Below, piece after piece: positions 43,554-53,498 of a DNA stretch of 63,519 bases. This stretch comes from an uncultured bacterium. GTDB lineage: Bacteria; UBP6; UBA1177; JAKLFG01. The notes beneath the pieces are model-generated. The model worked only from the letters and a program-made list of their open reading frames with translations. It was not told where the DNA came from and made no database searches. Made by a program: the position numbers and the translations under genes. The stretch's first letter is position 1. Every line of letters begins with the position of its first letter. The stretch covers positions 1-63,519 of the forward strand of contig CALMRE010000159.1 of the NCBI GenBank assembly GCA_937871295.1, in the 5' to 3' direction.

Positions 43554-45164
43554 TCAGACCCTCCCTGACCGTTTGTTTCTCATCATCATCCGCAGAATGC
43601 CGAAAAGGATGACCAACAGCGGCATCAGCAGCGTACCGACCCAACGGATGATCTCCTTTTTCGCGTCGGTGATGTCGGCGTCAATGAAGACATACCCCTG
43701 ATCGCGCGACCGGATCCCCGCCAGTTCGGTCGAATTGGTGAGGTGATCCATCATGTTGATGAAGAACATCCCGTTGGTCTGGAAGTTACGCATGTTGCGG
43801 TCGAGGATGAATTCCGGCGTACCGATGAGGAGCACCTGTCCCGGCGTTTTGCCTTTCGCGGCAAAGGTCGGGGCGTCGGCCTTGGCGGGAAGGCCCCCGG
43901 CGGCGAACGAACTGGGGAAGAGCCCCGACGCGAGGACCGCGAGGTTGAAGACCTTGAAGTCGCTCGACGGCGGTTCGGTTATCTGGTCGGGCATCCCCAT
44001 GACGGCGCCTTTCTGCTCCCAGCTCTTACCCGACGACTTGGCGACCACGGTGTAGGTCACCCCCTCCTTTTCAACGATATCGATGGAGGATGAGAAGGTG
44101 AAGGCGAGCGTCCCGATCTCGCGCAGGAAACCGGGCAGTTCGGGCGCCATCTGCTGGGCGCCCACCTTTATCCAGAGCGGATAGGGCTGAAGGTAGCGCA
44201 TGTTGCCCGACGGGATGAGCGCCGGGAAGTTGTAGGCGTCGAAGACCATGTTGCCCTGCAGTTTGAGGCCCCACGCTTCGAGCATGTTGCCGTAGTTGAT
44301 GCGCCGCTCCTGTCCCATCATCTGCTGTCCGAACCGCATACCCGACTGTAGGATGACGAGCGATCCGCCGGAAAGGACGAACTGGTCGGCGACATATTTT
44401 TCCCAGTCGGTGAGATTGTCGGCCTCGTGGATGACCAGCACCTTCGCCCCGGCGGGAAGTTGGTCGCCATCCTTGAGCTGGACCTCCTGCACCTCGTACT
44501 GTTCGCGGAGCGCCTGCGCCACCGCCATGGTGTCCTTCGTTATCGAATGACTCGGCGGTATCTGACTCTGTAACTGCGCCATCATCTGCGGGTCGAGTCC
44601 TTCGGGAAGTTTCACCTCTTTATTAAGGAAGACGATGGTATCCTGCTTTTCACGCGTCAGTTTGATGACGGCGCTCATCAGTTGATATTCGAGGTCCTTG
44701 ATCCCCATGACCACCGGAAGGATCTCGCTTTTTTCCTGATAGTAGATGGCGATGCCCATATAGATCGCCTGAACCTCTTCCTTGTTCTTGCCGATGACAT
44801 TGAGATTCACTTTCTCGATGCCCGCCTTCTTGGCATCCTCTTCGATGTTCGGGTCCTTTTCGGGAACGAGGATGGAGAGTTCGACATTGCCCTTACCGTA
44901 ATTCTCGAACTCCTTGAGGATGTCGAGGATATCGCGCTTGACCGGCAGGACGCGCGGCGGCAGTTCATCGGAGATATAGAACTTGAGGTGGATGGGCGAC
45001 TTGAGCTCGGTCAACAGTTTCCGGGTCGAATCGCTCACCGTGTAGATGCTGCCCCGCGTGAGATCGAGCCGGAAGAACCAGTAGGAGGAAAGGATATTGG
45101 CGAAGAGCACTATCCCGGTGACGAGCAGTATGGCGATGAGGGCGTCTGTTTTTCTTCTTTTCAT
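43554..45164 (-). CDS. GldG-family ABC-transporter auxiliary protein
   Basis: SD GGGAGGA, ATG 45164. N- and C-terminal TM helices. FRLDLTRGSIYTVSDSTRKLLTELKSPIHLKFYIS is typical of the GldG N-terminus. Confidence 0.7.
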   Translation of the reverse strand: MKRRKTDALIAILLVTGIVLFANILSSYWFFRLDLTRGSIYTVSDSTRKLLTELKSPIHLKFYISDELPPRVLPVKRDILDILKEFENYGKGNVELSILVPEKDPNIEEDAKKAGIEKVNLNVIGKNKEEVQAIYMGIAIYYQEKSEILPVVMGIKDLEYQLMSAVIKLTREKQDTIVFLNKEVKLPEGLDPQMMAQLQSQIPPSHSITKDTMAVAQALREQYEVQEVQLKDGDQLPAGAKVLVIHEADNLTDWEKYVADQFVLSGGSLVILQSGMRFGQQMMGQERRINYGNMLEAWGLKLQGNMVFDAYNFPALIPSGNMRYLQPYPLWIKVGAQQMAPELPGFLREIGTLAFTFSSSIDIVEKEGVTYTVVAKSSGKSWEQKGAVMGMPDQITEPPSSDFKVFNLAVLASGLFPSSFAAGGLPAKADAPTFAAKGKTPGQVLLIGTPEFILDRNMRNFQTNGMFFINMMDHLTNSTELAGIRSRDQGYVFIDADITDAKKEIIRWVGTLLMPLLVILFGILRMMMRNKRSGRV

Positions 45165-45174
45165 GGCGTCCTCC

Positions 45175-45888
45175 CTACCAGTTGCGCGCTTCAAGCGACT
45201 TGACATTGTAATAGACGAACAGCCCGATGAGAGAGAAATAGAACAGCAGGTCGCGCGAATCGAGTACGCCGCGGCCGATGCTCTGGAAATGGTAGTTCAG
45301 CGAGAAGTTCCGCACCACCTCGGCGATGAGGTTCGGGAAAACCGAATAGACCGGCTCGGTCCCGATGATGAGGAGAAGGAACAGTATCACGGCGGTGAAG
45401 AGGAAGGCCGTTATCTGGTTGGCGGTGAGCGAACTCACGAAGTTGCCGATGGCGACATAGGCGGCGGCGAGCAGGAGCGCCCCGAGGTAGCTGGCCACGA
45501 CCGTCCCCCAGTCGAGCGGCCCGGTGACCGCGACCAGCAGCGGAACGATGAGCGTCAGCAGTATCGCGATGCCGACGAAGGCCGCGCCGGCGAGGAATTT
45601 ACCGATCACCAGTTCGGTATCGAGCGCCGGCATGGTGAGGAGCACCTCCATCGTGCCGCTTTTCCGTTCTTCGGCCCACGACTTCATCGTGACGGCCGGG
45701 ACGAAGATGAGGAATACCCACGGCATGACGCCGAAGAAATCGTTCATCGACACGATCCCCTGCAGGAAATAGACGCGGAAGAAGAGGAACGAAAGGAGTA
45801 TCAGGAACAGCGTGAAGAAGATATAGGCGATGGCCGAGTTGAAGTACCCGAGCATCTCTTTGCGGAATATCGTCAGTGTGCTTCTCAT
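45175..45888 (-). CDS. ABC-2 type transporter permease
   Basis: 237 aa, six hydrophobic segments. ATGA overlap with the ATPase gene. Confidence 0.8.
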   Translation of the reverse strand: MRSTLTIFRKEMLGYFNSAIAYIFFTLFLILLSFLFFRVYFLQGIVSMNDFFGVMPWVFLIFVPAVTMKSWAEERKSGTMEVLLTMPALDTELVIGKFLAGAAFVGIAILLTLIVPLLVAVTGPLDWGTVVASYLGALLLAAAYVAIGNFVSSLTANQITAFLFTAVILFLLLIIGTEPVYSVFPNLIAEVVRNFSLNYHFQSIGRGVLDSRDLLFYFSLIGLFVYYNVKSLEARNW

Positions 45889-46820
45889 CCGTTGCCTCCT
45901 TCGATAAGTGACAGGAAGGTGTTCTCGAGCGACCGCGATTCGAGGTGTATCTGGGCGAGGTCCCAGTTTTCCGCCACGGCGGCGCGGAATATCTGATTCC
46001 CCGTCTCGCGCTCCCCTTTCGTTTTCACGCGGAAGGTATCGTTCGCCACGCGGCTGACCGCCGCAACGCCCGGGATCTTCGCCAGCGCGTCGGCGACCGT
46101 CCGTTCATCCTTCGCGGTCAGGAACTCGATGCGGAAGATGTTGTGGCCGCTGGAGCGCTCTTTCAGATTTTCCAGCGTATCGTCGGCCACGATCTTCCCC
46201 TGATTGATGATGATGACGCGGCTCGCCACCGCTTCGACCTCCGAGAGGATGTGCGAGCAGAGGATGACGCTTTTTTCGCGGCCGAGGTCGCGGATAAGGC
46301 CGCGGATCTCGGTTATCTGTATCGGGTCGAGTCCGTTGGCCGGCTCGTCGAGTATCAGTATCTCGGGGTCGTGAATGATCGCCTGCGCGAGTCCCACCCG
46401 CTGCCGGTAGCCTTTGGAAAGATGGCCGATGATGCGGTGGCGCACATCGACTATCGCGCACCGTTCCATCGCCCGCTTTTTGGCCGCATCGGGATCGGCC
46501 ACCCCCCGCATCTGCGCGACGAAGGTGAGGTATTCCTCGACCGTCATGTCGGTGTAGAGCGGGTTGTTCTCGGGCAGATAGCCTATGGCGTTGCGCGCCG
46601 CGATGGGATCGTCGACGATGTTGCGACCGTGGACGCGGATATCGCCCGTGTCGGCCGGCATGTAGCCGATGATCATCTTCATCGCGGTGGTCTTCCCGGC
46701 GCCGTTGGGGCCGAGAAAGCCGAGGATCTCACCCTTGCGCAGGGTGAACGAGGCATCGGCGACCGCCCGGATGCGGTCGTAACTTTTCGATACCCCGGTT
46801 ACCGTGATCAGTTCCGTCAT
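45885..46820 (-). CDS. ABC transporter ATP-binding protein
   Basis: Walker A GPNGAGKTT, signature LSKGYRQRV, Walker B ILILDEP. Confidence 0.92.
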   Translation of the reverse strand: MTELITVTGVSKSYDRIRAVADASFTLRKGEILGFLGPNGAGKTTAMKMIIGYMPADTGDIRVHGRNIVDDPIAARNAIGYLPENNPLYTDMTVEEYLTFVAQMRGVADPDAAKKRAMERCAIVDVRHRIIGHLSKGYRQRVGLAQAIIHDPEILILDEPANGLDPIQITEIRGLIRDLGREKSVILCSHILSEVEAVASRVIIINQGKIVADDTLENLKERSSGHNIFRIEFLTAKDERTVADALAKIPGVAAVSRVANDTFRVKTKGERETGNQIFRAAVAENWDLAQIHLESRSLENTFLSLIEGGNG

Positions 46821-46875
46821 GCAGTGACCTCCGTATCAGGAATAGAGCATTTTTCGCCCATTGAACAACGGTGCG

Positions 46876-47667
46876 TCAGGATTTATTCCGGCGCGGCGGG
46901 AAACGGCCCGTGCGGACCTCGTCGCGGTACTCTTCGAGCGCCGTAGTGACCAGCCGGTCCATATCGGCATATTTCTTAAGAAACGATGGATTGAAATCGC
47001 CGTTCATCCCCAGCAGATCGTAGATGACCAGCACCTGCCCGTCGGTCGCGGGGCCCGCCCCGATGCCGATGGTCGGCACGGCGACCTCGGCCGTTATCGC
47101 GGCCGCCAGATCGGGCGGAATGGACTCAAGCACTATCATGACGGCGCCGCTGCGTGCCAGCACCCGCGCCCCTTCGGCGATAAGTTCGCGCTCTGCCTGA
47201 CTTTTCCCGCGCTTCTGGTAGCCGCCGAAGAGGTTGACATACTGCGGGGTGAGTCCGACATGGCCAATCACCGGGATACCGAACGAGGTAAGCCGCGCAA
47301 CGAGCTCGGCGACCTCGCTTCCCCCTTCGACCTTCACCGCCTCGGCCCCCGCCTTCATGAGGGTGACGGCGCTTTCGACCCCCTTTTCGACCGCCGCCTG
47401 ATAACTGCCGAAGGGCATGTCGGCAATGAGAAAGGGCGACGGCGCGCCGCGGCGGACCGCGCGGACATGGTAGGCGACCTCTTCAAGGGCGACCCCGAGG
47501 GTGCTCTCCTCTCCTTTTATCACCATGCCGAGGCTGTCGCCCACCAGCAGTGTCTCGATACCCGCATTTTCGGCGAGCCGGGCGAACGAGGCGTCATAGC
47601 AGGTGGTCATGACGATGGGCGCGGCGCCCTTTTTCCTCAGCAGATCCGGCAACGTGACTTTCTTCAT
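46876..47667 (-). CDS. panB: 3-methyl-2-oxobutanoate hydroxymethyltransferase
   Basis: MTTCYDASFARL..GIETLLVGDSLGMV, ADMPFGSYQ, VKVEGG. Confidence 0.92.
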   Translation of the reverse strand: MKKVTLPDLLRKKGAAPIVMTTCYDASFARLAENAGIETLLVGDSLGMVIKGEESTLGVALEEVAYHVRAVRRGAPSPFLIADMPFGSYQAAVEKGVESAVTLMKAGAEAVKVEGGSEVAELVARLTSFGIPVIGHVGLTPQYVNLFGGYQKRGKSQAERELIAEGARVLARSGAVMIVLESIPPDLAAAITAEVAVPTIGIGAGPATDGQVLVIYDLLGMNGDFNPSFLKKYADMDRLVTTALEEYRDEVRTGRFPPRRNKS

Positions 47668-47680
47668 GGAGGATCCCTCT

Positions 47681-49423
47681 CTACTCGAAATAGAGCGCTT
47701 TGATGATCTCGTCGAACGAGGTCTGGCCGGCGGCGAGTTTGCGTATCGCCGAGTCGCGCAGGGTGATCATGCCGTCCATCACGGCGTTCTGACGGATCTC
47801 GTCGGTGGTGGCGCGGGTGGCGACCAGCCGCGAGGTCTTCCCGGCGACCGGCATATATTCGATGATGGCGGTGCGCCCCTTGTAGCCGGTGAAACGGCAT
47901 TTCACGCACCCCTCGGCGTCCTTTATGCGGTAGGTGTTGTCGAGCGCCAGTTTGAGCATCACCTTCTCGTCCTCGGTCATGTCGCGTTCGAACGAGCAGT
48001 GCGGACAGAGTTTGCGGACGAGCCGCTGGGCCAGTATCCCGCTCAGCATCGAGGCGAGGAGGAACGGCTCTATCCCGAGGTCTATCATCCGCTCGACGGT
48101 CGATGCGGTGTCGTTGGTGTGGAGCGTCGAGAAAACGAGGTGGCCGGTAAGCGCCGCCTGCACCGCGTTGTCGGCCGTCTCCTTGTCGCGTATCTCGCCC
48201 ACCATGATGATGTCGGGGTCCTGCCGCAGGATGTGCCGCAGCGCCGAGGAGAAGGTGATCCCCGCCTTGGTGTTGACCCCCATCTGGTTTATCTCGTTCA
48301 TCACGATCTCGATGGGATCCTCGATGGCGACGATGTTGACATCGGGCTTCGCGAGCTCCTTGAGGGTCGAATAGAGCGTGGTCGATTTGCCGCTCCCGGT
48401 CGGGCCGGTGACCAGCAGCATGCCGTAGCCTTTCTTGAGCGCGATGCGCCACGCCGCCAGTTGCGCCTCGTCGAACCCGATCTCCTCGAGCGGCCGGATG
48501 AAGTAGCCCGATTCGAGTATCCGCAGGACCATCTTCTCCCCGTAGATGACCGGGATGGTGCTGGCGCGCAGTTCGACCTCGCGCTTCTCGTCGAGCACCA
48601 GTTTGATGCGGCCGTCCTGCGGGCGGCGCTTTTCGGCGATGTCCATCCGCGCGAGCATCTTGAGCCGCGAGAGGAACGACGCATGCGCCTCTATCGGGAA
48701 ACTGTAGATGGTGTGCATCATACCGTCGAGCCGGAACCGGATATGGGTCTCGTCGCGCTTCGGTTCGATGTGAATGTCGCTCGCGTCCTGTTCCACCGCG
48801 TAGCGCAGCATATAATCGACCGCGTTGACGATGTGCTTGTCGTCGAGTTGCCCCCCCTCGGATATCGAGGTGAGCTGTTCTATCGACGCGTAGGTGTCGC
48901 GCACCTTCTCTTTGGCCGCCGCCTTTATCGACTTCTTGAAGCCGAAGACATCGCCGAGTATCTTGTCGATGTTGGTCGGCGACGCGACGACCGGATAGAT
49001 CGGCTTACCGGCGGTCGCCTGCAGTTGGTCGATGATCTCCATGTTGAAGGGATCGGCCATCGCCACGACTATCGCGCCGTTCTCCTCGTACAGCGGCAGG
49101 ACCAGATGACCGCGGCCGTAGGGAAGCGAGATGATGGAGGTGACCATCTGCGAATCTATCTTGAGCGGGTCGGGCACCAGATACTCACAGCCGGCGCGAC
49201 CCGCGACGAGTTTCAGCATCTTCTCCTCGTCGAGCGCCAAGCCCTCGTCGCGGAACATGGTCATGACCAGATCGGTGACGAACGGCTCCTTCTTGAAGCG
49301 GTCCTTGTAGAGCCCTTCGTAGTAATCGCGTTTGTTGGTGAAGAATTCCCGCTTGTCGCGCGCAAGGAGTCCGTACTCCTCGAGCAGATCGAACACGAAG
49401 TCGAGCGAAAGCGTTATCTGCAT
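47681..49423 (-). CDS. GspE/PilB-family secretion/pilus ATPase
   Basis: Walker A VTGPTGSGKSTT. T2SSE N-terminal domain. Tetracysteine CPHC...CVKC. ATG 49423 lies 4 nt after the upstream stop (the ORF-track start 49507 overlaps the upstream gene). Confidence 0.88.
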   Translation of the reverse strand: MQITLSLDFVFDLLEEYGLLARDKREFFTNKRDYYEGLYKDRFKKEPFVTDLVMTMFRDEGLALDEEKMLKLVAGRAGCEYLVPDPLKIDSQMVTSIISLPYGRGHLVLPLYEENGAIVVAMADPFNMEIIDQLQATAGKPIYPVVASPTNIDKILGDVFGFKKSIKAAAKEKVRDTYASIEQLTSISEGGQLDDKHIVNAVDYMLRYAVEQDASDIHIEPKRDETHIRFRLDGMMHTIYSFPIEAHASFLSRLKMLARMDIAEKRRPQDGRIKLVLDEKREVELRASTIPVIYGEKMVLRILESGYFIRPLEEIGFDEAQLAAWRIALKKGYGMLLVTGPTGSGKSTTLYSTLKELAKPDVNIVAIEDPIEIVMNEINQMGVNTKAGITFSSALRHILRQDPDIIMVGEIRDKETADNAVQAALTGHLVFSTLHTNDTASTVERMIDLGIEPFLLASMLSGILAQRLVRKLCPHCSFERDMTEDEKVMLKLALDNTYRIKDAEGCVKCRFTGYKGRTAIIEYMPVAGKTSRLVATRATTDEIRQNAVMDGMITLRDSAIRKLAAGQTSFDEIIKALYFE

Positions 49424-49427
49424 CCGG

Positions 49428-51143
49428 TCACGCCACGGCGTCCCTGACCGCCGAGATGATGGTGGCGAGCCGGGTCGTCTCTTCGCGCGCCTTGGCGACC
49501 TCGGCATCCTTCGCCGCGACCGTCTTTTCGAGTTCGGTTATCTTTCGGGCGACCAGTTCCAGTTCCGCGGCCTTCTTTTCGAGCGTCCCCTTTTCGGCAA
49601 CGAGCGCCTCGATGCGGGTCTGCAGTTCGGTTATCTGCACCTCGGAGGCGGCCGCCTTTTCAAACACTTCGTCGTGCTTCTTCTCGAGTTCCGCCAGTTT
49701 CGCCGCCAACTCGTCGCGCTCCTTGTGGGCCGCGTCGCGGTCGTCGCTTATCGTGGAGAATTGAAGCACCGTCTCGCGCAGTTCGCCCAGTTCCTTCTCG
49801 GACGCCTCGTGCTTGGCTTTCAACTCCTCGTGCTGTTTTTCCAGTTGGCCGGTCTTGTATTTGGCGCTCGCCGAATCGATCTCGAGACTGTCCTTTTCGG
49901 CCTGCAGGACCTCTATCTTGTCGGTCTTTATCTTGAGTTCGTCGGTGAGCGGCTTCATCTTCTCTTCGTAACTCGCCTTGAGTTCTTCGGTCAGCCGCTT
50001 GGCCTCCTCCTGCGCCTCCTTGAGTTTCTTTTCGAACTCGGCCTGCGTCTCCTGCACCCGCGCGGCGGCGGCGGTCTCGGCATCGGCTATCCGCTTCTCG
50101 ATCGCGGACTTTTCGGCAAGGAAGGCGTCGTGTTCCGCCTTCATCTTCTCCATCTCTTTTTCCGACGCCTTGACCTTGTCCTTCATCTCCTTGTTGACGA
50201 TCCGGAGGTCGTCGAGTTCATCCTTGGCTTCGTCATATTTCTTTTTCAGTTCCTCGGCCTGTACCGAGGCTCCCTTCATCGCGCGCTCCGACTCCTCCTT
50301 GAGTTGCGCCTTGAGCTGTTCGAGCGACTGGGAGACCTGCGTCTTCTCGTCGTCGGCGTTGCGCAGACGATCCTGTTCGGCCGAGAGTTCGACCTGCAGT
50401 TTCTGCACCGTCAGTTTGAGCTCCTTTATCTCCGCTTCGCTCTTGTCCATTTCGGCCGACATCTCGTCGGTGCCCGCCATCTTCTTCTCCAGTTCGCGGA
50501 CCTGCGCCGCCTTGGAGGCGAGCGCCTCCTTTATCTCGCCCAGTTCGGAGGAAAGTTTTTCGTTCTCGCCCTGCGTCTTTTCAAGTTCGGCCCGCACCGC
50601 GATGCTTTCCTCGGCGTTCCCTTCGCGCCGCTTGGCATCGGCTTCGAGTTTCTCCAGTTTCTTTTTCAGCGCCTCGTTCTCCTTGGCCAGTTCCGCCGCC
50701 TTGCCGTCGCCGGCCGGGGCCGCCGGGGCCGCCGCGACACCCTCCTCTTCCGCCTCATCGCCGTCGATGAACGGCAGGAGCGCATGGGCCGCCGCCAGTA
50801 TCGAATCGGTCTCCTGCGGCAGTTTCATATAGTAGTCGGCCGCGAAATCGAGCGAACGGTGCTTATCGAAAGTCTGCTCGGTCGCCTCGCTGGACAGCAG
50901 CAGGATCGGCGTCTGCCGGTACTCGGCTATCTCGCGGACCTTCTTGCACAGCAGGAATCCACCGAGGCTCGGGTTCTCGGCGCGGATGATGAAGAGGCTG
51001 ATCGCGCCGGAACCGAGGTGCCCCGACATCTCCTCCTCCGCCTTCGCGGTGTGGACCGTGAAGCCGAACTGTTCGAACGCCTTTTTCAGCGTCTTGGCGT
51101 GTTTGGTGTCGCTCTCGTAGATCAGAAGGTTTTTTTCGGCCAT
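49428..51143 (-). CDS. FrzS-like protein: pseudo-receiver domain + ~430-aa coiled coil
   Basis: LLIYESDT, GFLLCKKVREI and KHRSLDFAADYYMKLP parallel M. xanthus FrzS. The acceptor position reads FIIRAEN. The remainder is heptad-rich E/K/A/L sequence. Confidence 0.7.
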   Translation of the reverse strand: MAEKNLLIYESDTKHAKTLKKAFEQFGFTVHTAKAEEEMSGHLGSGAISLFIIRAENPSLGGFLLCKKVREIAEYRQTPILLLSSEATEQTFDKHRSLDFAADYYMKLPQETDSILAAAHALLPFIDGDEAEEEGVAAAPAAPAGDGKAAELAKENEALKKKLEKLEADAKRREGNAEESIAVRAELEKTQGENEKLSSELGEIKEALASKAAQVRELEKKMAGTDEMSAEMDKSEAEIKELKLTVQKLQVELSAEQDRLRNADDEKTQVSQSLEQLKAQLKEESERAMKGASVQAEELKKKYDEAKDELDDLRIVNKEMKDKVKASEKEMEKMKAEHDAFLAEKSAIEKRIADAETAAAARVQETQAEFEKKLKEAQEEAKRLTEELKASYEEKMKPLTDELKIKTDKIEVLQAEKDSLEIDSASAKYKTGQLEKQHEELKAKHEASEKELGELRETVLQFSTISDDRDAAHKERDELAAKLAELEKKHDEVFEKAAASEVQITELQTRIEALVAEKGTLEKKAAELELVARKITELEKTVAAKDAEVAKAREETTRLATIISAVRDAVA

Positions 51144-51175
51144 GGTGTCCCTCTTCCGTTTCCGTTATCGTTTCC

Positions 51176-51640
51176 CTACTTTCTCGCTATCCCTTTGAGC
51201 GCCGTGGTTATCGCGCCGATCGAACCGAAGCCCTTCGAGCGGAGGATGCTCATGAGCGCCGGCCCGCCCAGCGGGATAAGTCCCAAATAGCCCTTCATCG
51301 TCAGGCGGAACGCCCCCGACAGTATCTTGAGGTCGATATGGGGGCGGTACTTCTCGTGGTAGTAATTCTCGGCGAAGTAGAGGATGATCGCATCGGCCGT
51401 CTGCGGGTTCGCGGCGAGGAAATCCTCCAGCATCGCGGCGGGCAGAGTGATGTCCATATCGACCTCGACCCGCTCCGCGGAAGGATAGGCGGTCAGTTCG
51501 AGTCCCCCCTTCGCCTTGCGGAACAGGAGGTCGGTGTCGGGCAGGACGCGGAGTTTTATCGCGGCGCTGTTGCCGAGACTCTGGACTATCTTTTGGGCGC
51601 CGGGATTGATCCGGCAGAATTCTTCAAGACGCTGTCGCAT
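51176..51640 (-). CDS. Hypothetical protein
   Basis: 154-aa ORF with codon usage like its neighbours. No family recognised. Confidence 0.45.
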   Translation of the reverse strand: MRQRLEEFCRINPGAQKIVQSLGNSAAIKLRVLPDTDLLFRKAKGGLELTAYPSAERVEVDMDITLPAAMLEDFLAANPQTADAIILYFAENYYHEKYRPHIDLKILSGAFRLTMKGYLGLIPLGGPALMSILRSKGFGSIGAITTALKGIARK

Positions 51641-51715
51641 GGGGAGTGATTCACCGTATCTTCAAGACCATAAAGTTCCATTTCTCTACCATATAATAAA
51701 GGGCTTTGCAAGAAA

Positions 51716-52513
51716 TTAGCGGCGGCTGCCGTAGAGCCATTCCTTGAGGCGGTTCGGCGCGATATCGGGGTAGAGACGCGTCAGCAGGGCAAGGGCGTCC
51801 TTCACCGAAAGGGTATCAAGGATGCGGTCGCGCTCCGGATCGTCGGGTGGTAGGGTGCGCGGCGGGGCGATGCGGGGCGCTGCGACCACGGTGAACTCCC
51901 CTTTTTCCGTAACGGGTGCTCCGGCGTAGACGAAGACCTCTTCAAATTCCTTGGTCAGTTCGCGGCAGACGACCACCCGCTCACAGCGCGACGCGAGCAG
52001 TTCCAGCAGGTCGGCGGCGCGGTTGGGCGACTCGTAGAGAACCACCGGCAAGCCGCCCGCAAGGAGCGTTTCGAGGTCGCGCACCCGCTCCGCCCCTTTC
52101 GCCGGCAGGAAGCCGCCGAAAAGGAACCGGTCGGCCGACATCCCCGACACCGAAAAGGCGGCAGCGGCGGCCGACGGACCCGGAAGCGGCGAGACGCGGA
52201 TACCGCGGTCGAGCGCCGCGCCGACGAGGTATTTCCCCGGATCGGATACGGCGGGGGTCCCGGCATCCGATACGAGCGCGAGCAGTTTGCCCTCCGCAAG
52301 AAGCGTCAGATAGTGTTCCAGTTTCCCCTTTTCGCTGAACTTATGGTACGATTCGACCCGCGTGGAAATGCCGTGTCGGACACAGAGTTTCGCCGTCTGG
52401 CGGGTATCTTCGGCAAGGATGAGGTCGCACGAGGCGAGCACCGCGCGGGCCCGCTCCGAGAGGTCGCCGAGGTTGCCGATGGGGGTCGCCGTGACGAAAA
52501 GGGTGCCTCTCAT
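51716..52513 (-). CDS. rsmI: 16S rRNA (cytidine1402-2'-O)-methyltransferase
   Basis: GTLFVTATPIGNLGDLSERARAVLASCDLILAEDTR. Confidence 0.9.
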   Translation of the reverse strand: MRGTLFVTATPIGNLGDLSERARAVLASCDLILAEDTRQTAKLCVRHGISTRVESYHKFSEKGKLEHYLTLLAEGKLLALVSDAGTPAVSDPGKYLVGAALDRGIRVSPLPGPSAAAAAFSVSGMSADRFLFGGFLPAKGAERVRDLETLLAGGLPVVLYESPNRAADLLELLASRCERVVVCRELTKEFEEVFVYAGAPVTEKGEFTVVAAPRIAPPRTLPPDDPERDRILDTLSVKDALALLTRLYPDIAPNRLKEWLYGSRR

Positions 52514-52911
52514 CGCAGTCCCACCGCCGGGAAGGCATCCTCGAGATAGTCCATCTCGTACTTGCCCTCAGCGCCGACCAGCGCCGCCACATCGAACCGG
52601 ATGCGGGTCTTCTGCAACCGCACGCCGTGCGTCTGCGCCCAGTAGAGCGCCGTTTTCACGATATGCCGTATCTTCTGCGGGTGTATCGTTTCGGCGGGGG
52701 TGCCCCCTTCCCAGAACCGTTTTTTCCACGAACGGACCTCGACGAACAGGAGCAGATCCTCTTTCCGCGCGACGATATCAAGCTCGCCGCCGCGCACCGT
52801 GAAGTTGCGGTCGGCTATCGTGAAGCCTCGCTTTTCGAGGTGCTTCGCGACGAATTCTTCGGCGTCGGCGCCGCGCTGGCGGGTATTGCGCTCTTCGGCC
52901 GGTCCGTTCAT
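52510..52911 (-). CDS. yraN: YraN-family (UPF0102) endonuclease-like protein
   Basis: GADAEEFVAKHLEKRGFTIADRNF..RGGELDIVA....LLFVEVRSW. ATG 52911. ATGA overlaps on both sides. Confidence 0.8.
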   Translation of the reverse strand: MNGPAEERNTRQRGADAEEFVAKHLEKRGFTIADRNFTVRGGELDIVARKEDLLLFVEVRSWKKRFWEGGTPAETIHPQKIRHIVKTALYWAQTHGVRLQKTRIRFDVAALVGAEGKYEMDYLEDAFPAVGLR

Positions 52912-53369
52912 TTGTCCATCCCTTTCCGGAAACGATCCATCTCCCGTTTCTGATCCTTTTCGCGCAGGGTGGACCGCTTGTCGTACTGCGCCTTGCCGCG
53001 GGCGAGGGCGACCTGCACCTTGGCACGGCCGTGCTCGTCGAGATAGAGTTCGAGCGGGATGACGGTGAAGCCGCGCTCTTTGACCTTCTGCGCCCATTTG
53101 AGGATCTCGCGCTTGTGGAGGAGCAGTTTGCGCGACCGGTCCTCGGCATGGTTCCAGCGGTTGCCGTAGACATAGGGGGCGATGTAGAAACCGACGAGGA
53201 ACGCCTCCCCGTTCTTGATCTCGATGTAGGAGTCGCGGAAGGCGACATCGCCGTCGCGTATCGACTTTATCTCGGTCCCCATCAGGGCGAGCCCCGCCTC
53301 GAATTTCTCGAGCATCTCGTACTCGTGATAGGCCTTTTTGTTGCGCGCGACGACTTTCTTGTCGGCCAT
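52908..53369 (-). CDS. smpB: SsrA-binding protein SmpB
   Basis: ARNKKAYHEYEMLEKFEAGLALMGTEIKSIR...LLLHKREI. ATG 53369 with SD GGAGGGAA. It is only the last 153 codons of the 735-codon ORF-track entry. Confidence 0.92.
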   Translation of the reverse strand: MADKKVVARNKKAYHEYEMLEKFEAGLALMGTEIKSIRDGDVAFRDSYIEIKNGEAFLVGFYIAPYVYGNRWNHAEDRSRKLLLHKREILKWAQKVKERGFTVIPLELYLDEHGRAKVQVALARGKAQYDKRSTLREKDQKREMDRFRKGMDK

Positions 53370-53437
53370 GTATTCCCTCCGTGCGGGGCCATTATACACG
53401 GAAGGGGCCGTTCGTGAATAAATTTCTTCGGCGGGGG

Positions 53438-53465
53438 TTGTTTTTTGCGCGCGCCGTGTTAGTAT
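53438..53465 (+). promoter_or_regulatory. sigma70-like promoter of the arylsulfotransferase-like pair
   Basis: TTGTTT (53438-43), 16 nt, TAGTAT (53460-65). Confidence 0.4.
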
Positions 53466-53498
53466 GTGCCGCTCCCATCGTTCACAAGGAGGTTTGTC

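Noticed and set aside
47603-51290. Long plus-strand ORFs 47603-49447 and 49332-51290.
   Set aside because: They are antisense shadows of the PilB/GspE and FrzS-like genes.
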